Shown one piece after another: positions 1-8,547 of a stretch of DNA of 64,000 nucleotides. Origin of the DNA: Barthelona sp. PCE (lineage: Eukaryota); assembly GCA_040285745.1 (NCBI GenBank), contig JAUFOR010000008.1, positions 248,001 to 312,000 of the forward strand. The letters run 5' to 3'. The notes beneath the pieces are model-generated. The model was not told where the DNA came from and made no database searches. It was given only the letters and a program-made list of their open reading frames with translations. The position numbers were made by a program, and so were the translations under genes. Every line of letters starts with the position of its first letter. The first letter of the stretch is position 1.

Positions 1-214
1 GGTAGAGACCCACAGTTAGTTAAAAATTACTAATTAAACTTTTTTTTTTTTCAATAAATTTTACAACCCCTAAATTAACTTATACAGCTTAATCATATAC
101 GCACACACAGTTACTGTACTATATATAACTCAAAAGCACTACTATTCTTTACTAATCGTTCATAGTTTTCTATGGGCATTAGTAGCAAATGGCCTCCACC
201 AAAACTTTTGAAAA

Positions 215-278
215 GGTAGCAGTGCTCCCGGCCTCGTCGATGCTAACGACGCGCTACTACCACTGAGCTACACACTCC
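215..278 (-). tRNA. Truncated tRNA-Ala(AGC)-like element, copy 1 (one extra base in the D stem)
   Basis: Same as copy 2, but the + strand reads gcgctactac instead of gcgctctac. Confidence 0.65.
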
Positions 279-635
279 AAACTCCAAATTGTTAGTTTGA
301 CGGAAAAGTTCAAGCCAAAGTGTCAAGTACCGTATTGGTTATTCACAATTTCCGGTCAGTTTTCTCCCCCATCTCACGTAATTAGAGGTTAAGTATATCG
401 AAAATAGTGGTATAATCAAACGGTAGAGACCCACAGTTAGTTAAAAATTACTAATTAAACTTTTTTTTTTTTCAATAAATTTTACAACCCCTAAATTAAC
501 TTATACAGCTTAATCATATACGCACACACAGTTACTGTACTATATATAACTCAAAAGCACTACTATTCTTTACTAATCGTTCATAGTTTTCTATGGGCAT
601 TAGTAGCAAATGGCCTCCACCAAAACTTTTGAAAA

Positions 636-698
636 GGTAGCAGTGCTCCCGGCCTCGTCGATGCTAACGACGCGCTCTACCACTGAGCTACACACTCC
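636..698 (-). tRNA. Truncated tRNA-Ala(AGC)-like element lacking the T-loop and canonical 3' acceptor strand, copy 2
   Basis: Minus strand reads G-GAGTGTG TA GCTC AGTGGTA GAGC G CGTCG TTAGCAT CGACG AGGCC GGGAG CACTGCTACC TTTT. Perfect A box/D arm, 5-bp anticodon stem with AGC, AGGCC variable loop; no GTTCRA. Confidence 0.75.
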
Positions 699-1056
699 AA
701 ACTCCAAATTGTTAGTTTGACGGAAAAGTTCAAGCCAAAGTGTCAAGTACCGTATTGGTTATTCACAATTTCCGGTCAGTTTTTCTCCCCCATCTCACGT
801 AATTAGAGGTTAAGTATATCGAAAATAGTGGTATAATCAAACGGTAGAGACCCACAGTTAGTTAAAAATTACTAATTAAACTTTTTTTTTTTTCAATAAA
901 TTTTACAACCCCTAAATTAACTTATACAGCTTAATCATATACGCACACACAGTTACTGTACTATATATAACTCAAAAGCACTACTATTCTTTACTAATCG
1001 TTCATAGTTTTCTATGGGCATTAGTAGCAAATGGCCTCCACCAAAACTTTTGAAAA

Positions 1057-1119
1057 GGTAGCAGTGCTCCCGGCCTCGTCGATGCTAACGACGCGCTCTA
1101 CCACTGAGCTACACACTCC
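1057..1119 (-). tRNA. Truncated tRNA-Ala(AGC)-like element, copy 3
   Basis: Identical to copy 2. Confidence 0.75.
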
Positions 1120-1478
1120 AAACTCCAAATTGTTAGTTTGACGGAAAAGTTCAAGCCAAAGTGTCAAGTACCGTATTGGTTATTCACAATTTCCGGTCAG
1201 TTTTCTCCCCCATCTCACGTAATTAGAGGTTAAGTATATCGAAAATAGTGGTATAATCAAACGGTAGAGACCCACAGTTAGTTAAAAATTACTAATTAAA
1301 CTTTTTTTTTTTTCAATAAATTTTACAACCCCTAAATTAACTTATACAGCTTAATCATATACGCACACACAGTTACTGTACTATATATAACTCAAAAGCA
1401 CTACTATTCTTTACTAATCGTTCATAGTTTTCTATGGGCATTAGTAGCAAATGGCCTCCACCAAAACTTTTTTGAAAA

Positions 1479-1541
1479 GGTAGCAGTGCTCCCGGCCTCG
1501 TCGATGCTAACGACGCGCTCTACCACTGAGCTACACACTCC
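1479..1541 (-). tRNA. Truncated tRNA-Ala(AGC)-like element, copy 4
   Basis: Identical to copy 2. Confidence 0.75.
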
Positions 1542-1898
1542 AAACTCCAAATTGTTAGTTTGACGGAAAAGTTCAAGCCAAAGTGTCAAGTACCGTATTG
1601 GTTATTCACAATTTCCGGTCAGTTTTCTCCCCATCTCACGTAATTAGAGGTTAAGTATATCGAAAATAGTGGTATAATCAAACGGTAGAGACCCACAGTT
1701 AGTTAAAAATTACTAATTAAACTTTTTTTTTTTTTCAATAAATTTTACAACCCCTAAATTAACTTATACAGCTTAATCATATACGCACACACAGTTACTG
1801 TACTATATATAACTCAAAAGCACTACTATTCTTTACTAATCGTTCATAGTTTTCTATGGGCATTAGTAGCAAATGGCCTCCACCAAAACTTTTGAAAA

Positions 1899-1961
1899 GG
1901 TAGCAGTGCTCCCGGCCTCGTCGATGCTAACGACGCGCTCTACCACTGAGCTACACACTCC
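1899..1961 (-). tRNA. Truncated tRNA-Ala(AGC)-like element, copy 5
   Basis: Identical to copy 2. Confidence 0.75.
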
Positions 1962-2318
1962 AAACTCCAAATTGTTAGTTTGACGGAAAAGTTCAAGCCA
2001 AAGTGTCAAGTACCGTATTGGTTATTCACAATTTCCGGTCAGTTTTCTCCCCCATCTCACGTAATTAGAGGTTAAGTATATCGAAAATAGTGGTATAATC
2101 AAACGGTAGAGACCCACAGTTAGTTAAAAATTACTAATTAAACTTTTTTTTTTTTCAATAAATTTTACAACCCCTAAATTAACTTATACAGCTTAATCAT
2201 ATACGCACACACAGTTACTGTACTATATATAACTCAAAAGCACTACTATTCTTTACTAATCGTTCATAGTTTTCTATGGGCATTAGTAGCAAATGGCCTC
2301 CACCAAAACTTTTGAAAA

Positions 2319-2381
2319 GGTAGCAGTGCTCCCGGCCTCGTCGATGCTAACGACGCGCTCTACCACTGAGCTACACACTCC
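2319..2381 (-). tRNA. Truncated tRNA-Ala(AGC)-like element, copy 6
   Basis: Identical to copy 2. Confidence 0.75.
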
Positions 2382-2738
2382 AAACTCCAAATTGTTAGTT
2401 TGACGGAAAAGTTCAAGCCAAAGTGTCAAGTACCGTATTGGTTATTCACAATTTCCGGTCAGTTTTCTCCCCCATCTCACGTAATTAGAGGTTAAGTATA
2501 TCGAAAATAGTGGTATAATCAAACGGTAGAGACCCACAGTTAGTTAAAAATTACTAATTAAACTTTTTTTTTTTTCAATGAATTTTACAACCCCTAAATT
2601 AACTTATACAGCTTAATCATATACGCACACACAGTTACTGTACTATATATAACTCAAAAGCACTACTATTCTTTACTAATCGTTCATAGTTTTCTATGGG
2701 CATTAGTAGCAAATGGCCTCCACCAAAACTTTTGAAAA

Positions 2739-2801
2739 GGTAGCAGTGCTCCCGGCCTCGTCGATGCTAACGACGCGCTCTACCACTGAGCTACACACTC
2801 C
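2739..2801 (-). tRNA. Truncated tRNA-Ala(AGC)-like element, copy 7
   Basis: Identical to copy 2. Confidence 0.75.
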
Positions 2802-3109
2802 AAACTACAAATTGTTAGTTTGACGGAAAAGTTCAAGCCAAAGTGTCAAGTACCGTATTGGTTATTCACAATTTCCGGTCAGTTTTCTCCCCCATCTCAC
2901 GTAATTAGAGGTTAAGTATATCGAAAATAGTGGTATAATCAAACGGTAGAGACCCACAGTTAGTTAAAAATTACTAATTAAACTTTTTTTTTTTTCAATA
3001 CATTTTACAACCCCTAAATTAACTTATACAGCTTAATCATATACGCACACACAGTTACTGTACTATATATAACTCAAAAGCACTGCTTGAAAATAAATGC
3101 TACTGAATA

Positions 3110-3290
3110 TTGCATACCGGCAATCCCTCCTGTGTAGTGCATGGCTGAAATGCCGTTTTAGCCGACGAGGTGTGCCGTTGATCACATTGACCACCCACAG
3201 GGTCTTACGTCATGCTCTTGAATGCAGGAAATCCGAGTACACATTAACAACAGACAGAAAAAGCGTTGCATTCATGTATCTTATTTTTTT
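3110..3290 (+). ncRNA. Candidate structured non-coding element flanking the array (unidentified)
   Basis: GC-richer island with stems 3128-3134/3196-3202, 3143-3151/3155-3163, 3169-3174/3183-3188 and 3219-3227/3266-3274, followed by a long T run. Confidence 0.3.
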
Positions 3291-3459
3291 TTTAATTTAT
3301 TTCTAATTTAAACATTAAATTAATTTTTCTTGTTTAAACTACTTTTTACAGCTTCAAAATTGTTATTTTACCATTCAATTTTCTATGATGACAACAAATT
3401 GATTATTAAATTGATACAAAAATGAATATGTGAGACGATTAACTGTAGTAAAAACTGTT

Positions 3460-5370
3460 TTATGATAATTCATTGTATTCAATAACACTAAAAGCCTCAA
3501 AAGTAGTGATTTCTGAAGTCATAAGAAACTCAATGATATTAATATCCCTCTGCTCATGCTCAATTTCGAAATTGTCAAAAGTATAAATGTGCATTCTTAC
3601 ATTGAATGCATCTAAACTATACTGCATTACAAATACACCAGGTGCAGGGGAATGGCATCTACAGACGTTTTTTGTATTCAGTGAACCGAGTTCCAGTTCC
3701 AGAGTCTGTGATATTATAGTGTCTACATTAGAAGTTTTGAATGCATGGATAATGTTTTTATAAATAAAAACACTCTTATCAATAAAGCATTTTCTGACGT
3801 TATATTCGGTAAAAACTTCCATATCTCTGCATATAATTAACTTATTATCTTCTACTTTATATCGAAAAAAAAAAGGCAAACATATACCAATACGAACTGT
3901 TTCTACGAATATCTCCTCATTTGCAAAAGGATTAACAGTCAAAGATTCAATTCTCCCCTCCAAAGTATGTGAACAAAATTTTAAACATCCAGTCTCTTTG
4001 CATAAAAATAAAATATTGATCGTTTGGTAATTGCTGTACCACAAAAAGTTACCAGAAATGATGGCATTATCAACATCGTTCAATCGTCTAGCATTTATGT
4101 ATGTTGATAAATTGTTGGTGTATAGTAAATGATCCTTGTTAAACATAATGTCATCACATGGATAACATTCTAACTGAAATAGCAGATCTAAGTCATCAGT
4201 GTACATGTTATATGTCTTAAAATCTTCTACAACGAGATACAAATTGCACCACTTCTTTTTGCGAATATCATACTCCCTGCGATAGTCCATCAGCGTACAG
4301 TTCTCAAAGAGTAAAGAAGAAATTAGCATTGTGCACGTGCCATTGTAAAAATCGAAATGAATGGGGGGAGTGAATGCACAGTTTCCTATGAGTTTGCTAT
4401 GAACAGCGAATAAGCCTTTAACTTGATGTTTAAACACCGGATAAAAGGTGGAACTCCCCGTAAAGGAATCATACTCAGTGCAAAAAAGTTCACCAGCAAT
4501 AGAAACGAAATTCCAATTTTCACAAAAAATTTCGCCATAATGTGTAACTTGATCAGGATTTATCACGGTAGAACCATACACACGCACAATTTCCAAAGTA
4601 AAATTACTTAAAAAGCTGTTTCTGTATCTCTTATTGCATGCTTGTAATACAGAAGCAGTAACATTATAGTATATAACGTTGTCGTCCTCAACTTTGCAAT
4701 AGCAGTAGTGGCCATTCTGCTCAATTATAAATCTATTATCTCCAGGAGTTCTGTCAATTGCGAAAAAAATAACATCTTTTAGAGGGTGCTTTTTAATGAG
4801 AAAAGGTAAGTTGTCAATAATTAAAAGGTACTGCAGTATTTTTTTTTCTGCCCAATCAACCAAATATGCAACTTCATCTTGAACAAAGAACGAATAAGTG
4901 CTGCTTCGAGAAGTTACTTGAGGTAAAGGCATGGACAATACCGTTTTTTGATCCTGCTTTAGATCAACTAAATCAATGCTGTCACCAAAGCATATTCTCA
5001 TCCACAGTCTGCTATTTATCATCACACCCTCTGAGCTGTAGCTTTCGGATCTTGGTACAATAAAATTTTCAACAAGAATGAAATTTCGTTCCATGAACTG
5101 GAACAGCTCAATCTTAATAGTTTCGCTATTAATGTACAGGGTTCGGTAAAAAACTTCTCCTTCCAGTAAAGTAGGTCTTAAACGATAACTAACATATGAT
5201 TTAATCCAGCATGGATTAACAGGAGAACTTTGTACGGCACCCTCCATGTGCTTGTCGATGAAACACAGTTCTACAGTGTTTAATCTTTCATCAGTGCTTC
5301 GAACAAGTATATTATCAGCATAACAAGAGAAAGAAAATTTTTCAGAGTGTCTAGAAATAGAACGTGGCAT
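3460..5370 (-). CDS. Hypothetical 636-aa beta-rich protein; paralog of 45561..47414
   Basis: Long ORF. Shares motifs with the paralog: MPRxI start, DRTPxxNRFI, WxFxSxxGExxCxEY, HSPxPG, DIxIIxFL. Confidence 0.85.
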   Translation of the reverse strand: MPRSISRHSEKFSFSCYADNILVRSTDERLNTVELCFIDKHMEGAVQSSPVNPCWIKSYVSYRLRPTLLEGEVFYRTLYINSETIKIELFQFMERNFILVENFIVPRSESYSSEGVMINSRLWMRICFGDSIDLVDLKQDQKTVLSMPLPQVTSRSSTYSFFVQDEVAYLVDWAEKKILQYLLIIDNLPFLIKKHPLKDVIFFAIDRTPGDNRFIIEQNGHYCYCKVEDDNVIYYNVTASVLQACNKRYRNSFLSNFTLEIVRVYGSTVINPDQVTHYGEIFCENWNFVSIAGELFCTEYDSFTGSSTFYPVFKHQVKGLFAVHSKLIGNCAFTPPIHFDFYNGTCTMLISSLLFENCTLMDYRREYDIRKKKWCNLYLVVEDFKTYNMYTDDLDLLFQLECYPCDDIMFNKDHLLYTNNLSTYINARRLNDVDNAIISGNFLWYSNYQTINILFLCKETGCLKFCSHTLEGRIESLTVNPFANEEIFVETVRIGICLPFFFRYKVEDNKLIICRDMEVFTEYNVRKCFIDKSVFIYKNIIHAFKTSNVDTIISQTLELELGSLNTKNVCRCHSPAPGVFVMQYSLDAFNVRMHIYTFDNFEIEHEQRDINIIEFLMTSEITTFEAFSVIEYNELS

Positions 5371-5467
5371 AATTCCCGTGCTATGATCCGTTACACATAT
5401 TTATATGAACGGTGGAGAGGTGAAAAGAGAGATATATTGGGAAACACCTGCACTACTTGATTTGTAT

Positions 5468-6571
5468 TTACTCTTCAGTTTTGATAACATCAAGGCCAGC
5501 TGCAGTCGCAGCAGATTCGTCATGGTAGAGTTTGACGCTGTCCGGAAGAGTGGAAAGCTCAATCGCCCACTTAGCGTCTCTTCTTTGTTCATAAGGCATG
5601 AGCTCGATATAAGTGTTTAGATTTGCTTTGAAGCGCTCGTTCTCCATGCATCTATCGGTTGCAATCCAGATTAGATTCTCAAAGCTGTCAAAAAAGGATT
5701 CTCTCACCTTGGAAACAAGTATCAAATCAACAATGACGTTCAACAGAACGTCAAAGTTCTCGTTGTCGTGCCAGCGCGCCACTTCAACGTCCTCCAGCAA
5801 AGGAAGAGTTGCTAGAAACATAGATATGAAGCGGTCACTGTATGCGCTGTTGGCCTCGTCGCTCAAGTGCTCTACAACGCCCCAAAAGTCAGGGGTGTTT
5901 CCAGTTTTCAAGTCACATACATATGAAACGAAGGGGAGGTGGCAGAACAAAGTGTCGTACTGCTTGTGTTCATAAAGTTCACAGTCTGTCATCATCATGG
6001 CCTCTGCTAGCGAGTTCTCCAGATCCCTCTCGTGTGTTAGCAGGTATTTAATCGGGAAATTAACTACAAAGTCCGTTAATGCTTTGGTATTCCTGCTGTG
6101 GAAGCAAAAATCAACGACAAGGTTAACGAGCAGCGTGCAGTAGCGTGTGACCCAGTACTGGCTTAACGACATCGCAATTGCAGCGCTGGTTATGACCTCG
6201 AGCTCAACATGACCAACAACCTCTGCAGCGTTGAACTCGCACAGTTTTGTGAGGCATGTGAGCAACTGGTGGATATAAATTGGTTGATGCTCATTGAATA
6301 TGGTTGTTACAGCGCGGAGTTGAAGAGACAAAATTGGAATGAGGCGCATAGCATCCAGATCCGACATTGAGAAAGTATGGGTGTCTAAGAAGAGCACAAT
6401 AAGCGCTACAACAGAGGCTCTTACCTCCATAGAATCACGGACGCCGAGTTCATCCACAAGAGCAGCGACATCAACAATATTTATATCAATCGTGTGTTCT
6501 GCGAACATCAGGTCCTTACAGTACTCCAGAATTTCGTTATCCGGCAGAGAATGCAGGTTGTAGAACGACAT
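5468..6571 (-). CDS. Hypothetical 367-aa helical (possibly ARM-like) protein
   Basis: Long ORF with ATG start; Leu/Val/Asp-rich; no recognised motif. Confidence 0.75.
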   Translation of the reverse strand: MSFYNLHSLPDNEILEYCKDLMFAEHTIDINIVDVAALVDELGVRDSMEVRASVVALIVLFLDTHTFSMSDLDAMRLIPILSLQLRAVTTIFNEHQPIYIHQLLTCLTKLCEFNAAEVVGHVELEVITSAAIAMSLSQYWVTRYCTLLVNLVVDFCFHSRNTKALTDFVVNFPIKYLLTHERDLENSLAEAMMMTDCELYEHKQYDTLFCHLPFVSYVCDLKTGNTPDFWGVVEHLSDEANSAYSDRFISMFLATLPLLEDVEVARWHDNENFDVLLNVIVDLILVSKVRESFFDSFENLIWIATDRCMENERFKANLNTYIELMPYEQRRDAKWAIELSTLPDSVKLYHDESAATAAGLDVIKTEE

Positions 6572-6634
6572 TAAGGGTTAATTATGGAAAAACGCAAAAG
6601 TTCGTGAACTACAGGGTTAGTAAAGCTAAAATCA

Positions 6635-6937
6635 CTATAGTACGACATCACGTGATTTCTCTGCCTTGTTAAAGGCAATATAGGCACCAAACATAGCAGT
6701 GAGTGCCATGAATATGATATTCAGACAGAGAACAGTAATAAAACCGATCCCGTGGTGCATAGTGACTGTTCGGCACACAAGCCCGTCCTCGTAGAAAAGA
6801 TGTGCAATTGGCGCATCACTTGTAAACAGATCGCACTCCCTAGACATAAGTTTGCTCCCCACTCCAAAAAAAATAAAGTATGCAGATAATACAAAGAAAA
6901 ACATTGTGTTACGCAGTACCCTGGTGAGTAGATCCAT
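6635..6937 (-). CDS. Small hypothetical membrane protein (2 hydrophobic segments)
   Basis: 100-aa ORF filling the gap between genes, with a pyrimidine-rich leader before the ATG. Confidence 0.55.
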   Translation of the reverse strand: MDLLTRVLRNTMFFFVLSAYFIFFGVGSKLMSRECDLFTSDAPIAHLFYEDGLVCRTVTMHHGIGFITVLCLNIIFMALTAMFGAYIAFNKAEKSRDVVL

Positions 6938-7056
6938 CAATTAATGAGTGTGATATTTGAAAAAAGAGAGAAAAGAGAAACAAAAAAATTGAGTTTACTA
7001 CTGATGAAAAAGGATTAATGAGATGCATAGCTAATAAAAAATAAAAAAAAAATGGG

Positions 7057-8133
7057 TTAGGTGTGTGTGCGCTGGATTTTTTGTGGAGGACTTGAACCTG
7101 CAGGCGTACTTGCTGCATGTTCAAGGCTACGAAGAATATGACCACTTACCGGTCTTTTCTCAACGCCTGTACTGAACCATGGGTGTTTAAGTGCGTTTTT
7201 AGCTGTGATTCTTAACGGAGAATGGATGTTTAAGCAAGAAAGAATAATGTCACACAAATCCCATGACCATCCAAGATCATTTAGGCTCTTCTCAACCAAT
7301 TTTTTTAATTCTTGATTGTCATCGGGCCCAAAATCATCATAGAACCGATCAAAGAACCTAAAACGTTGGAAATTTGGAAATTTGTCAACATCAGGTATAC
7401 CAACTAGATCGTGGATTTGACTTATCAGTTCTCCGTCACTGTCACCATTCAGCACATTGATCTTGGACACCATTAGCAGCATCATTACACCAATGGACCA
7501 TATATCGATGGAGGTATTGTAACAACTTTGTCCATATACCAGTTCTGGTGCTCTGAATCTCAGGGTGACAACGTGAGATCGCATAGGGATCTCGTTGAGG
7601 CAACCAGTTAAAGGGGAGAGACGACAAGCGTGTGCAAGCCCGAAATCAATGAGCTTGAGTTCGCCAGTTGGAGTGATCAGTACGTTTGAGAATTTAAGAT
7701 CACGGTGGACGATATTGGCGGTATGGAGGACGTTTACGGCCTTGAACAGCTCATAAAAATAAAATTTCAACGTTGCTTCACAAAAATCCAATTTCAAAAC
7801 CTTCAAAAAATCATATGGTGCATAGTCTAGCACAAAGCATATTCTGTTATTGATGGGAACGGCTGTATGCAGTGTGATAATCGAACTTGTCTTGCGATAT
7901 CTTGAGAGCATAATGAGCTCACTTGCAAGATCAGTGCTAAGCACCGGTGATTTAGGAATTTTCACAGCTAACTCTATGTTCCCGAACTGCTCGAATCCCT
8001 TATTGGATCGTGGACCTTCATCGGTTTTAAGTTTGAAGACTTCACCATATGTTCCCGATCCTATGCGCTTTAATGAGTCCATCCTGACGTCTGGGGATAC
8101 CCACTTCGATATATATTCACTGAGTGGTCTCAT
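7057..8133 (-). CDS. CDK-like (CMGC) Ser/Thr kinase
   Basis: GSGTYGEV, AVK, HRDLKFSN, DFGLA, VVTLRFRAPE, DIWS motifs; non-PSTAIRE helix (STDLASE). Confidence 0.92.
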   Translation of the reverse strand: MRPLSEYISKWVSPDVRMDSLKRIGSGTYGEVFKLKTDEGPRSNKGFEQFGNIELAVKIPKSPVLSTDLASELIMLSRYRKTSSIITLHTAVPINNRICFVLDYAPYDFLKVLKLDFCEATLKFYFYELFKAVNVLHTANIVHRDLKFSNVLITPTGELKLIDFGLAHACRLSPLTGCLNEIPMRSHVVTLRFRAPELVYGQSCYNTSIDIWSIGVMMLLMVSKINVLNGDSDGELISQIHDLVGIPDVDKFPNFQRFRFFDRFYDDFGPDDNQELKKLVEKSLNDLGWSWDLCDIILSCLNIHSPLRITAKNALKHPWFSTGVEKRPVSGHILRSLEHAASTPAGSSPPQKIQRTHT

Positions 8134-8547
8134 AAAAAAGGTAATAAAAGAAGAAACACCCTATCAATTGCATAATTGATACAATAAAGTAGGTTACTGT
8201 TTGATACTTGAATGGCATTTCCCGTGGGGGAGCATGGCTTCCTGCCGCTCTAAGTGGATGGAATCGGAGCTTTGAGAGGAATGAGATTTTGTGAGCATTT
8301 CGGTATAATGTGTTTTTGAGCAATTTGTTCCATAATTTGGGCTGGACATTGACTTATATACCACTGAAAGATGATATTTTGAATATTTTTCAGATTTTTT
8401 GCATCTGATGTTTCATCGACAGCTTGTGATGGTTAAATTAGTGTTATATATCTTTTATCGACCAGCAAGCATATTAAGCAAGGATATTAACGGTTTAAAA
8501 AATTGTTTTCTCAATTCTACCATTTTCTTTTCGTTTCTATTCAACCA

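Larger units (their letters stand above)
1..3084. repeat. Tandem array of a ~420-bp unit (7 full copies plus a partial; continues off the left edge), each full unit containing a truncated tRNA-Ala-like element
   Basis: Units start (GGTAGAGACCCACAG) at 1, 422, 843, 1263, 1684, 2105, 2525 and 2945; identity ends at ...CAAAAGCACT 3084. Copies are near-identical apart from homopolymer length changes and a few substitutions in the last copies. Confidence 0.99.

Noticed and set aside
354-378. CTCCCCCATCTCA as the missing 3' part of the tRNA (permuted or split within the unit)
   Set aside because: It is on the opposite strand, has no TTCRA loop, and pairs with the acceptor 5' strand at only about 4 of 7 positions.
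1-3084. CRISPR array or rDNA/5S repeat
   Set aside because: Whole units are identical with no variable spacers, there are no cas genes, and I saw no rRNA motifs.
3097-3306. 69-aa ORF; also 5S, U5, U1 or hammerhead identity for this region
   Set aside because: The ORF runs into poly-T and has no recognisable features. The RNA motifs are only partial or in the wrong order.
8503-8547. N-terminal extensions from TTG/GTG/CTG starts in the ORF track (also 13080, 23917, 28891, 37558, 40930, 45354, 45540, 48311, 49368)
   Set aside because: In this eukaryotic context the extensions translate T-rich leaders (F/L/I-rich), so starts were reset to a downstream ATG.
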